Shown: positions 47,907 through 59,974 of the stretch, in pieces | Layout: every line of letters begins with the position of its first letter | Numbering within the stretch: position 1 is the stretch's first letter | The notes under the pieces: model-generated | The model's database searches: none | The model's input: the letters and a program-made list of their open reading frames with translations, nothing else | What the model was told of the DNA's origin: nothing | Position numbers and translations under genes: made by a program | Origin: Callorhinchus milii | Lineage: Eukaryota | NCBI RefSeq assembly: GCF_018977255.1 | Contig: NW_024704743.1 | Location: 21,516,001 to 21,580,000, forward strand | Length of the DNA: 64,000 nucleotides | Direction: 5' to 3'

Positions 47907-49813
47907 CCAGTTGAAGCAGGTGAGCGGAGGGAGCGGACAGGCTGATATGGGGTTCGGAGTTTGGAGAGGTAAGGGGGGAGCAAGACCATGGAGGACGTTG
48001 AAGGTGAGAACGAGGGTTTTGCCTGTGAAGCTGGACAAGATTGGTTCGTGGAGCCTGGTGTGGGAGAGGACACGAGCTGCAGTTTTGAATAATGTGCAGC
48101 ATGTGGAGGGAAGAGATGGAAAGTTCAGAGAGCAGACAGTTGGCGTAATCACACCAGGATGGGATAAAAGCATGGATCAGTGTCTCGACAGCCAGTGATG
48201 AGAGGCAGTGGCGGAGGCGGGCAATGTTGCAGAGGTAGGGAAAGGCGGCACGGGTTATGGCATGAATGTGGGGGTTTGAAGGATAGCTGGGGGTAGAAAA
48301 AGTCACTGAGGTTTTGTATTGGCTCAGTGAGGTGAAGAGTACAGCAATAATATCAGCGGCTGAGGTTAGGAGGCATTAATAATCATCCTTGCATTTTGAT
48401 ATAGCGCTTTTCACGTCTTCTAGACGTCCCAAAGCGCTTCACAGAATATACTGTAAAGTGAATTGACCGTATATTTGTGGACGAACACGGCAGCCAATTG
48501 CGCACAGCAGTGTCCCACAAACAGTCATGGATTGAAACTGACCAATTTATTATTGTTTTTTTGTTTTGGAGGGATTATTATTAGGCGTGTGGAGTAAGGA
48601 ACTTGCCCAAGGGTTCGCCCTGCCTGGAATTGAACTCAGGTCTCTCACTTGTAAAGTGAGTGCTCTAACCACTGAGCTACAGGACTCCTCGCATTGCCAA
48701 GAGCCAAGCACGAAGGCCTCTGTCTTGCCAACATTGAGCTGGAGGAAGTTGGCTCTCATCCAGGATTTGACGTCAGACAGAAAATTAGCCAGGACATCAA
48801 TGGCCCTGGGGTCGAGGGTGTAGGCGGCGAGATAGAGTTGGGTGTCATCCGCATACATGTGGAAATTGACACAATGCCTGCGGATGACATCACTGAGCTG
48901 GAGCATGTATAGATTGAAGCGGAGGGGACTGAGGACAGAGTCTTGAAGCCCTGAAGGATACCACACGTGACAGTGTGGGGGCTAGAGGAGAAACCACAAA
49001 GTGCAGACGGTGGGAAAGGTAGGATTGGAACCAGACAAGAACCATTGAGGTGGAGATGAAAGGAGAGGCGGTGGAGAAGAATAGAATGGTCAACTGTATC
49101 GAAAGTCACTGAGAGGTCAAGAAGGATGAAGAAACAGAAAGAGCACAGGTCGCAGGTGGACAGAATGTTTTTGTCACTTTGACCAGGGCTGTCTCTGTGC
49201 TTTGAGCAGCACGAAATCCAGATTGGAGGGATTCATGGAGGGAATGCTGGGAGAGGAAAGAGTGAAGCGATGACACATTCCGTTACCTTGGAAAGAAAAG
49301 GAAAGTTTGAAATGGGCCGGTAGTTAGAGAGAAGAGATGGGTCAAGAGAAGGTTCTTTGAGGGTAGGGCTGATGACGACTGTCTTTACGGGGATAGGTAT
49401 GGTGCCGGTGGACAGGGAAAGGTGAACAAACTCTGTTAGTAGGGGGCAAGGAGGTGGAGTTGGGAGGTGAGGAGAGGGGCAGGAATGGGGTCAAGGGAGC
49501 AGGTGGTGGGTTTTTATATGAGAAATGGTGGTCAGTGAAGAGGGGAAGATGGTGAAAAGTGTGGAAGGAGGGATGGGAGGGGGGTGGAAGAAGAGTGGGA
49601 GGTGGGTATGGGGTGCCAGTAGAGGGGCTAGAGGGGGCAGAGCAGATCCTTCAACTTTGGACTCAAGGAAATCCATCATCTCCTCGCATTTGGTGTTGGA
49701 GGAGAGGATGGCAGAGGCATGGGAGGGTGGACGGAGGAGTCGGTTTATGGTAGAAAAGAGGAGCCTGGGGTTGTCCTTAGCTTCCAAGATGATTTGAGAA
49801 TAACAGGACTTTG
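47907..49813 (-). mobile_element. L2 LINE ORF2 remnant covering the reverse-transcriptase domain (frameshifted, SINE-interrupted)
   Basis: [77 protein letters not shown]. Confidence 0.95.
48378..48690 (-). mobile_element. Full-length tRNA-Ala SINE inserted in L2, with a 5-bp TSD
   Basis: gcatt at 48373-48377 and 48691-48695; removing the insert restores LGSWQCLLTSAAD. Confidence 0.95.
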
Positions 49814-50149
49814 AAATGTATAAAAGATAGATTATTGGGTGACGTTGATGGGGACACTGAAATGATTGTCGTAGGGCTACCATTGTTTGCATTTTCTAAA
49901 TGTTTGTGGCCATTTTCTGAGGCCCCCAGTTTCTATCTTTGCACATTTGTGTAATATTGATACGCTTGGCTGCAGTCTGTTTGTGATATATGTACGTGGG
50001 ATCCAATGGTAGGAATGGCAGCAATGCACTTTTTTTTTGCAACAATCCTTCGAGCTGAATGCCCTTCCAATAAAGATGAAGAGAGTTTGATATATACCTT
50101 TGATATCTACCTACATATTTATGCAGGCAAGTTTGATATACCTTTCCCT

Positions 50150-50680
50150 CAGATTTATTGGACCTGTGCGGAACATAGATGTCAGGTTCGATCTGCAGCA
50201 GTCTTTCCTACCCCACATTCGGTCCCTGATCAGGACCGCTTTCCTCAGGACAGGACCGCCTGTCTTCAATCATATCTCACACCCGAAGCAGCTGAAACTC
50301 TCCTTCCTGCTTTCGTTACCAACCTTCTTGATTTCTCCAGCTCTGCCATTCATAAAACCCAATTAATTCAAATCTCAGCATCCCAATGGCTCCCTATAGC
50401 AGAATGGATCGATTTCGGGATCCTCAGACTTATAAATCAATTCACACCCCAGAACCTCCCTCCCCTCGGCAGGCGTGTTTTCAGCCACTATGCCCCAAGA
50501 CTCTGGCACCCTCTGCCTCAATTCCTCTGCCTCGCACCCTACTTTCTCATCTTCAGATTGCATCTGAACACCTTCTTCTTTGTCTGTGTCTATGGTTACA
50601 CTCTCTCCCTGGCTCAGTGTCACTGTTAAGCGCTCTGAGATGCTACCCCATGTGAGGGCCGCTAAATAAAAGTTGTTATT
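50150..50680 (+). mobile_element. Old L2 3' region with internal deletions
   Basis: LTPEAAETLLPAFVT, WLPIAEWIDF, FSHYAPRLW; tail. Confidence 0.8.
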
Positions 50681-50834
50681 TACATACGGATAAATAATTT
50701 GATTTCTGAACTTGTCACTACTGACATTTGTTGAAACATTGTGTTCTTTACAGATGATCCTGTACTGTGGTCTGACGTATGATAAAATATTTTTGACACC
50801 ATAAAAGTTCTTTCAAATAATCCTGAACTGTTCA

Positions 50835-50965
50835 AATAATTATTTGGTCACTCAATCCATTACTGTTTGTGGGACACTGCTGTGCGCAATTAGCTGCCGC
50901 GTTTCGCCCACAAATATACATTCAATTCACTTTACAGTATATTCTGTGAAGTGCTTTGAGACGAA
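50835..50965 (+). mobile_element. SINE 3' fragment
   Basis: tggtcactcaatcc...gtgaagtgctttgagacg. Confidence 0.85.
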
Positions 50966-51068
50966 AAGAAGATATGATGTGACCAGTGAGTATGGCTTCA
51001 GAAGGCAACAGAGCATGCCCAGATCCAAATGTTTGCTCGGTTCAGGGCAAGTTGTGTTCCAGCCTAGA

Positions 51069-51400
51069 GTGGAGTCCTGTAGCTCAGTGGTTAGAGCACT
51101 CGCTTTGCAAGCGAGAGACCGGAGTTCAATTCCAGGCAGGTCAGGGTGAAACCTTGGGCAAATTTCCTTACTCCACACGCCTAATAATAATCCCTCCAAA
51201 ACCAAAAACAATAATAAAAAAAATTGGTCATTTTCAATCTACGACTGTTTGTGGGACATTGCTGTGCGCAATTGGCTGCCGCGTTTGCCCACAAATATAC
51301 AATCAATTCACTTTACAGTGTGTTCTGTAAAGCGCTTTGGGACGTCCTCCCGACGTGAAAAGCGCTATATCAAATGCAAGGATTATTATTATTATTATTA
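51069..51400 (+). mobile_element. Full-length tRNA-Ala SINE (short form) with a 6-bp TSD
   Basis: tagagt at 51065-51070 and 51401-51406; CTCCC loop. Confidence 0.96.
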
Positions 51401-51544
51401 TAGAGTAGCTTCCCCCACATAACACACTTCCATGGTGCTAGGTCACAGCAGCTTGTTACTGTCACTAACTGGATGCTAACTGCTGTCCTCTGTATCCACC
51501 GTGAACCTGCCCTGTACCATAGCAGCAATCAGAACTAAGAAATA

Positions 51545-51775
51545 CAACAACAACTTGCATTTATATGGCACGCTTCACACCAGGTAGCGTCTCTGAGCAC
51601 TTAACAGTAGCAGAGTCTGACCCCGAACCAGGAGGAGAGGGAGGAGGGAGTGGTGACCGTAAGCATGATCATAAAGGAAGGTTTTTTGGCGGGATTTGAA
51701 AGGGGAGAAGGAGGGGGCAAGGCGGAGGGATTGGGAAAGAGTTCCAGAGCTTCAGGGCGTAGTGGCTGAAATCCT
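51545..51775 (-). mobile_element. L2 3' end
   Basis: caacaacaacttgcatttata tail; FSHYALKLWNS in reverse complement. Confidence 0.75.
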
Positions 51776-52367
51776 TAAGTATGTATACAATATAAAGAAT
51801 AACACTCGCTGGATTGTATTTCAGAGCAGAACACAATGTGGCTGAGATAATGTTGAAAAATTGCCAGCTTTGCTGTCGCAGTTTATGATGTCACCTCAAT
51901 TCCAGCCCTTGTAACGCACTGCAGATTGTGTGCTGTGTATGTGTCTGAATTCTTCCCCACTTCATTTCTACTTCCATTAAGATAAATAATATGACTGAAC
52001 GTACCTTTAGAGAAAATCAGTACTATTAACCATTAGCATTTATTTAGTTGTGGAGAGACTAAATTCATGCATTTATGATATATATTTCTGCATTGTGTTT
52101 TCTCTTTATGGTAACTTTACCTACCACAGATTGTACAGTGAGTGAACTATGATGCAGAATGAGAACATGGCATTTTTTGAAACTTACACTTTTGGATTTG
52201 GTTCAAACATTCTCCTTCAGCTGTTAGGTGGAGCAGCCCAGGGAGCAGACATCTCCACAACTCCACCAATACAAAACACACAAAACCCATAACAACCAAA
52301 GCCGTCGGAATTGGAATTCAAGCTCTCAGCCTCTATATTGTGAAGTCAGCATCTTGCAAGCTGCATG

Positions 52368-52805
52368 ATAATTATAATAATCCTTACATTTGATATAGCA
52401 CATTATCACATCGTTGAGACGTCTCAAAGCGCTTCACACAATATACTGTAAAGTGAATTGACTGTTTATTTTGCGGGCGAAATGCTGTCGCCAATTGCAC
52501 ACAGCTGTGTGCCACAAAGAGTCGTGGATTGAGTGACCAAATTATTATTTNAAAAAATGTTTTGAAGGGATTATTACCCCCCAGAAAGTGATCTGCTGAT
52601 TGATTAACAACTGGGTTCCTACTTACTGCTAGTTAATCGGTTTGGTGTCTCATCTGAAAGATGGCACTCACCAACAATGCAGTACACCCCCAGGACTACA
52701 CTGGAGAGTCTGCCTTGTCTGTGAGTTCAAAGTCTCGATATAAGCTTGAACCTACAAGCTTCTGACTCATAGGTGAAAGTGCTGCTGCTGAGATAGGCTG
52801 ACAAC
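52368..52805 (-). mobile_element. Composite: long-form Ala-SINE 3' part (52368-52632) abutting a Deu-SINE head and 5' core (52636-52805)
   Basis: Both segments match other copies in the window. Confidence 0.75.
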
Positions 52806-53040
52806 ATACCCAACACAACTATGGTAGGAACATTTCATAAGGGCTGTACAGGTTTAAAGACAAAGCCCGACCACTATCACTACCTTAGGGCAGCCAGGGA
52901 AGGCAATAAATGCTAGACCTACCCGCATCATCTACATCATGAGATGAGTAAAACAAAATAACTTGTTTGGAACCTAGTGGTGAATTGAAGGCCATGTCAA
53001 ATGTTACAGCAATAAAAGTCAATAAACTGCTTCTTCCCTC

Positions 53041-53460
53041 TTAGGTCCTCTTGCACTTTTCACTACATAGGACCATTGCCATTTGGCCCCACAGTTATCT
53101 GTTCAGTCAATCTTACTGCGTTTCCCAATGGAGATTGTTTCTGCTATGATCATTTTGAACTATTCTCAGCCAGGTGGCTGCAAAATGACTCCTTTGTCTT
53201 TATCTCCTGGTATTTTGCCATTGCTTATTTGGATTCTGTTGAGTCTTATCGCATGGCCAAACTATGTAGGTTTTGCTGGTACATCAAACTACCAACCAGA
53301 TGTTTTTTGGTCCTGCTCATTTTTCTGTTCCATATTATGTTCAACAAATTCCTAGAATCCTCCTCAAGCATCTGCTTTTGACAGCATCCATTTTTTCAGT
53401 ACACTGGATTAATTCCAGGTCTCCAAGCAATAAACCAGCACCACCCAACTGCTAATACAT
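53041..53460 (-). mobile_element. Decayed RTE-clade LINE ORF C-terminus
   Basis: Reverse complement gives VLVYCLETWN*, KMDAVKSRCLRRILGIC*, *FGHAIR, matching RTE LLYGxETW / RCLRRILGIxW / WFGHV motifs in order. Confidence 0.7.
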
Positions 53461-53585
53461 AGCTTTCATTTTGATTTCAGGCTGATTTCGTCTTACATTA
53501 TTAAGAATGATTCAATAGCTTTAGCAGCATCAGTTCTGACCCTCACAATTTCTGGATTTTTCTATCCAGATGCAGCTCATTGTGG

Positions 53586-53840
53586 AACAACAACAACAAG
53601 AAGATTCCATTTATAGAGCGCCTTTCACATTGGGAGGATGTCCCAAGGCGCTGTACAGTTGGGTCAGGACCCGAGCAGGGGGGAAATGGTCAGGGTGAGG
53701 GGAGGGAAGGGAGGGAGCGAGGAGGGGGTAGAGAGTCGAAAGGGGAGCTGAAGGCACGGTCAAAGAGAAAGATCTTGAGACCAGCCTTGAAGGAGGAAAG
53801 GAGGAAGCAAGGCAAAGGCACTGGGGGATGGAGTTCCAGA
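53586..53840 (-). mobile_element. Young L2 3' end
   Basis: Near-identical to 34534-34830 and 57832-58083. Confidence 0.93.
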
Positions 53841-53894
53841 TGGAGCTTCTAGAGGAAGCTTCCTGCTGTCTATAAGATAAACAATATACCACAA

Positions 53895-54265
53895 CAGTCT
53901 GGCTCAGTTGGTAGCACTCTCGCCTTTGAGTCTGAAGGCCTCACATCTGGACTTTGGAGCCACATTATCCATGCTAACACTCCAATGCACTGTCAGGAGA
54001 GTCCTGCATTGATGGCGGTGGTATCATTAAACCAATGTCCTGTTTCCTTGTTCAGGTAGAAAATAAAGATCCCATAGCACTGTTCGATAAAAGAAAGAAG
54101 TTTCTCCCAGTATCCTGGCCAACAATCTCTAAGGTATAATTGGTCATTTGCTTCATAGCTATTGTAGGATATTCCTATGCACACACTGGCTGCCAAGTTC
54201 ACATACAAAATACCCAGTCACTACATTTTATCATTAAATACACTGCAATCCTTTGAGGCGTCCAT
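53895..54265 (+). mobile_element. Deu-type SINE
   Basis: tggctcagttggtagcactctcgcc head; aaagatcccatagcact core. Confidence 0.82.
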
Positions 54266-54563
54266 AGTCCAGATGTGAGGCTTGAAACTGCAACCTTCTG
54301 ACTCAAAAGCAAGAGTGCTACAAACTGAATAGACTAGGCGGGATCTCAGTTGAGTGTTTCTTCTGAAGGACAATATTTCTGGCAATACAATACACTCCCA
54401 CCACTGTTCTGTAGGTTCAGTCCAGTCGATGAGTGCAGCATTTCAAAAGGTTTCAGAAATACTGAACCTCATTATCTGGGCAAACTGAAGCAATGACTTT
54501 TCTGAAGGAAGACGTGAGGGCAGTAATGGTTGAAATGAACAGATTTTGAGAAAGACAAATAGC

Positions 54564-54884
54564 ATAATAATAATAATAATCCTTGCATTTGATATAGCGC
54601 TTTTCACGTCTTCTAGACATCTCAAAGCGCTTCACAGAATATGCTATAAAGTGAATTGACTGTATATTCGTGGGTGAAACGCGGCAGCTAATTGCGCATA
54701 GTAGTGTCCCACAAACAGTCGTGGATTGAAAATGACCAATTTATTATTGTTTTGTTTTCTGGAGGGATTATTATTAGGTGTGTGGAGTAAGGAAACTTGC
54801 CTAAGGTTTCATCCTGTCTGGAATTGAACCCAGGTGTCATGCTTGCAAGGCGAGTGCTCCAACCACTGAGCTACAGAACTCCAC
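54564..54884 (-). mobile_element. Full-length tRNA-Ala SINE (short form)
   Basis: Reverse-complement match from head to tail. Confidence 0.93.
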
Positions 54885-54954
54885 AATCCTATACTCAATG
54901 TTGAAATATTTATATCTCCTCCTAACTCCCATTACCATATACATTCTGTTCTAA

Positions 54955-55065
54955 TACATGGGAATTTCCTTATGTAATGGAATGCATGGATCTCTTTGCT
55001 TGGTTTGGACACAAGCATGGTGATGAATTTCCACATGTGTTTGACACCCAGCTGACCAAAAAATA
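54955..55065 (+). repeat. Unnamed ~110-bp dispersed repeat, copy 3
   Basis: ttggtttgga...aagcatggtgatgaatttccacatgtgtttgacacccagctgaccaaaaaa. Confidence 0.7.
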
Positions 55066-56368
55066 ACACTGCTATCGTGATGAATTCCAGTACAATATCT
55101 ATGGAAGGAGGAAGCCAGCCTGGTAGAGTTTGATTGACAACCTATAGGATGTGTTATGGATCTTGTTGTTTCATGTTCAGTGTTCTGATGAGATAGATGA
55201 CTGCAATCATGAACTCTTCTTAGTTACTTAAGTTAAATCATTTTACCCCAGTGTATACTGGCTGGAGCCCAGGGAAACAGTATAGGAGTTAACTTCATTT
55301 TTTGCGCAGCTCAACAAACTGTTTTTGTGTTGTTCAACTGTACCAGGGCTCTGAGACGCTATCCTGTGTGTACGGTGCTATATAAATGCAAGTTGTTGTT
55401 GCACTGAGCTCTCCCTGTGAACTTGATAAGCCAGGGGTCATTTATGATTTGCCTTCGAAAGTGTAGGGCTATAGTAGGGCTAAGTGCTCTAGGACGCTAC
55501 ACCACGTGAAAGGCGTTATATCAATGCAAGTTTTGTTGAAGATTATGACAACCTATGTAACTCATTACAAACAGCATTTTAAGTAAGTGTCTAGCCTTGG
55601 TTATCAATAGCAATACATTAATCATACATTGTGATGACAGAGATACTGGGGTGCTAGAAAGCTGTGTTAGCATTCACTGGATGTGTAAATTACAATCCAA
55701 CTCCCTTTTAAAAAGTACGTGTGAAGAAATGTTAGGTGAATCGTTGCTACTAAAATCTAAATTCCAAGCATTCTTCTAATGCACCAGGCCTGGAGAGCTT
55801 CATGACAAAGAACAGATAAATAACAATAAATAATCCTTGCATTTGGTATAGTGCCTTATCCCGACAACCTTCCGACTCAGTCACGAGAGTGCTACCACTC
55901 AGCCAGACTGACACACGTCTCACCTTGCAGCAAAAGCAAAAAATCAATGGGAGATTGGGTCGTAGGAGATATCCAAAGGACACAGGAAGAAGACTTGAGA
56001 GTAGAATTTAATGTTTTAAGGTAATACAGTTTTCTGAATACTCTACTTAAATAGCATCTGACAGTGTGAAAATGTAATAAATATGATTGAAAATATTATA
56101 ATTATTATTATTTATAACAATCCTTGCAAAGTGGCTGAAGAACACAGCCATCGAAGATGACCCAGAAGGGTAGGGGGCATGCAGCAAGACTGTGCCAGGA
56201 GGTCTGAGAGGTAGAGTGACACTAGGATGTGAAGGGATTTATATGTGAGGGTGAGTATCTTGAAATCAATCCTTTTAGACACAGGGTATGCAGAACTTGG
56301 TACTGCAAACCAGACAACAGCAACTTGCACTTATATAACATCTTTCACATAGACAAATGTCTCTAAAT

Positions 56369-56811
56369 GTCGAATTCAAGATCCTCATCCTCATCTACAA
56401 GGCCATTCACAGCCTTGCACCCTCCTACTTCTCTGACCTACTATCCCCGCACGTACCTGCCCATACCCTCCGTTCCTCTAGCTCCGGTCTGCTTCACATC
56501 CCCCGCCCTAACCGCCCTACCATCGGTGGCCGGGCTTTCAGCCTCTCAGCCCCGAGGCTCTGGAACTCCATCCTCCAGTGCCTTCGCCTTGCCTCCTCCC
56601 TTTCCTCCTTCAAGGCCGGTATCAAGACCTTTCTCTTCAACCGTGCCTTCAGCTCCCCTCTCGACTCTCTACACCCTCCTCACTCCCTCCCTTCCCTCCC
56701 CTCACCCTGACCATTTCCCCCTTGCTTGGGTCCTGACCCACCTGTCCAGCGCCTTGGGACGTCCTCCCAACGTGAAAGGCGCTCCATAAATGCAATCTTG
56801 TTGTTGTTGTT
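56369..56811 (+). mobile_element. Young L2 3' end inserted in an older minus-strand L2 tail
   Basis: FKILILIYKAIHSLAPSY...APRLWNS...FKAGIKTFLF; (TTG)n tail. Confidence 0.95.
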
Positions 56812-57831
56812 AAAAGCTTCACAAAGATGAATGAGAGATAAGGGGTTAGAGGGGGGTGGCCAAATATGGAGTCAAAGAGATGATTTTTAGAGTGGTTTTG
56901 AAGGTAGAAGGAGGAGCATCTTGGGACATCTTCCTGACGTAAAAGGCACTGTACAAATGTAATTTGTTGTTGTTGAGGAGTGAGACTGAGGGATTTAGGG
57001 AGAGAGTTCCAGCGAAGTGAAGCACCGGGGCTGAAAGTTTCCTGATCCTTGTTAGGGTGAAGAGGATATGAAGCCATTGAGTGGCAAAATGGGCCCCTAT
57101 CTAATTAATATATAGGCATTTTAAACTCTTTGCAAGAGTAATAATATTACTCTTTCACAGTTGTTTTTGTTACCGACCTTTCCAGAATTTAATTACATAT
57201 TTCTGCTGTCCATGTGTGCATTAAAAAAAAAATCTATTGTCTCATTTATTGGGATGAAATCAAGAGTAACAGAAACAAATGATCTATTGAATTGGTACAA
57301 ATTCGGTCTATGGTAACAATGAAAGTAAATGCTTACGATACATAAGTTGGACACCAGTCTCCTGCACCAGAGTTGCAACAGCCATGTGGATTTGTTTATT
57401 TTTTGCTCTTCGCTTGGCTCCCTTACTCTTCTGAGGATGTTTTGACATATTTTCCTCTCGCTGGTATACAGATCCACAGTAAATGTTGCCCTCTGGGACC
57501 TCATTTAAGTGGTCGTTATCCCCAAATAAACTTGTTCATTCACTCAATGTCTGTTTGTGGGACATTGCTAGGTGCAAACTGGCTGCTGCATTTGCCCAGC
57601 TCATTTTACTGTATATCTTGTTTTCATCGCCTTGGGACATCCTCTCAACATGAAAGGCGCTTTACAAATGTAATTTTGTTGTTGTTCTAAGGGCTTTGAG
57701 ATGTCTCAATCAGATGATCAGGGAGTTGTGGGGTTGGACGGACATGAAAAGACTAGATAGTAACTTAGACCTGGGATCTTGACGGATTTTGCCCTCCATA
57801 AACTACGGTATGAAAGTCAAATTGTAGGATT

Positions 57832-58083
57832 CAACAGCAACAACAACAACAACAAGATTCCATTTATAGAGCGCCTTTCACGTCGGGAGGACGTCCCAAG
57901 GCGCTGTACAGTTGGGTCAGGACCCGAGCAAGGGGGAAATGGTCAGGGTGAGGGGAGGGAAGGGAGGGAGCGAGGAGGGGGTAGAGAGTCGAGAGGGGAG
58001 CTGAAGGCGGTCAAAGAGAAAGGTCTTGAGACCGGCCTTGAAGGAGGAAAGGGAGGAGGCAAGGCGAAGGCACTGGGGGATAG
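57832..58083 (-). mobile_element. Young L2 3' end
   Basis: Intact stem-loop gcgccttgggacgtcctcccgacgtgaaaggcgc in reverse complement. Confidence 0.94.
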
Positions 58084-58377
58084 ACCACAAAATTACATTT
58101 GTAAAATGCGTTTACATCTGGAGGATGTTCCAAAGCGCCGGGGAATCAACTGGTGCCCCACTCTGTGTTCAGCAAACTGAACACAAACTAATATTTGAAC
58201 CTGCAATCGTTTAGTGTCTTTTTAGCATTTATAGTGCTGGGAGCAAAGTTGATTGAAGCTCCACATCAGTGTAAAACAAGCACAGAGAAATAACAAAGAT
58301 TTTGCTGTTGCCCAGAATACCAGAAACGGGGGAGCAAGCCCAGTGCTACTCGTACTTTCACTGTGAATTAGCAACAA

Positions 58378-58690
58378 ATAATAATGCTTGTACTTGATAT
58401 AACACTTCATTATGTCATTAAAACATCTGAAAATCCTTCATAGGATTTCACCGTAAAGCGTAGTTACTGTGTAGCGCAGATGAACGCGGTTGACAATTTC
58501 TTACAAATAACCATGGAGTGAGTGACCAATTCTATCTGGGGGATTGGTGGCCAGGACACTGGGAGAAACTCCCTTGTCTTTTTGAATCTTTAATGTCCAC
58601 CTGAACAGGCAGACTCTGCCTCGGTTAAACCTTGTATTGGAAGCACAGCATCACTGACAATGCAACACCCCCCTAGCACTGCATTGCCAC
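58378..58690 (-). mobile_element. Deu-type SINE body and tail
   Basis: ggccaggacactgggagaaactccc...gtccacctgaacaggcagac. Confidence 0.78.
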
Positions 58691-59324
58691 CAAATCATAA
58701 TGACTCACCATGTGGTATAAACACATCATTAGTGTTGCACTAGGCGGTGCCTTTGATCTAGTCAGACAGATTGTAAAAGGAGCCTTTATCATATTAAATT
58801 AGAAACAGGCCTCAGTGTACAAATGCTCTGCACCAGTTTCTTATTTTTTAACGTTCTTACACAAGCTATATTGTCTGATGCAAATACATTTCTGCATTGT
58901 TGCGGAGAATATCAAATTGGCTCCACATGGTGCTAATGTAAAAAGGATATTAAAGTAAGAAAAAAATCATTAATCCTCCAGAAGCATCCGCACAAATGAT
59001 CTGCTTCAACTTGATCTTGATATCCATTTAAAGGCAATCTGCTTGTAATTACAATTTACAAATTGTATTGTTTATTAAATGTCAGACTATGTCAAATTGC
59101 ACTAAACTGAATCAACTAGGAAATAAACATTGTCATGTTGGATGAGCAGGTTTTGAAATATGCTGAGATAAATTTGCAGTCATTGGGAAAAATTAAAGTC
59201 AGATTTTGTGAGGACAGTCAATAGGGGAAACCAACAGCTGGTTAAAGCCATGCAAAAAATGGTTCCTAAAACCTTCAAGTGCTCTTTACTTTTGAAATAA
59301 CAGAAGCCTCCCCACCCTAACTTT

Positions 59325-59646
59325 TAATAATAATAATCCTTGCATTTGATATAATGCCTTATCACGTTGTTGAGACGTCTCAAAGCTGTTCACATATATT
59401 GTAAAATTAATTGTATTTCGTGGGAGAAATGCAGCAGCCAATTGCACACAGCAGTGTTTCATAAACAGTCATGAATTAAAAAAAATTTTGAGGGAAAGTG
59501 ATCCGCCAATGGACTAACAACCATGTTCCTGCTCACTGTCAAGTAAATAGGGGTGTGTGAAGTAAGGAAACTTGCCTCACATTTCCCCCTGCCCGGGAAT
59601 CGAACCTGGGTCCTCTTGTGAGGGGAGAGCACTAACCACAATGCTA
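59325..59646 (-). mobile_element. tRNA-Ala SINE (long form), diverged
   Basis: Reverse-complement match. Confidence 0.85.
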
Positions 59647-59974
59647 TGGGTTTTCTTTAATTTTCCACCTTGGGTTGTGTGCTTTTCAAATTATTCCCAA
59701 ACAACTTAATATGAAAGCAACTGAGAGCACAAATACAAAGTGTTGGATCTTTATTCTAACTATCAACAAAAATAACATTACAGGATTTTTCAGCAACTGC
59801 TTTTTATGTGATATGGATTGCATTCTTCAAAATTGCAGCATTATCCTTCATTTTACTTAAGATCCATTGATGTTGCTTCACTTGCTCGTCAGACATCAAA
59901 TCCTGAATACAACTCCACATGGACAAGACAGAAGCAATCCTCCTCGGCTCCTGTCAATGTCTCCTCATTCCTGG

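Noticed and set aside
47907..49813. Autonomous active LINE
   Set aside because: It is frameshifted, SINE-interrupted and lacks the endonuclease region and 3' end.
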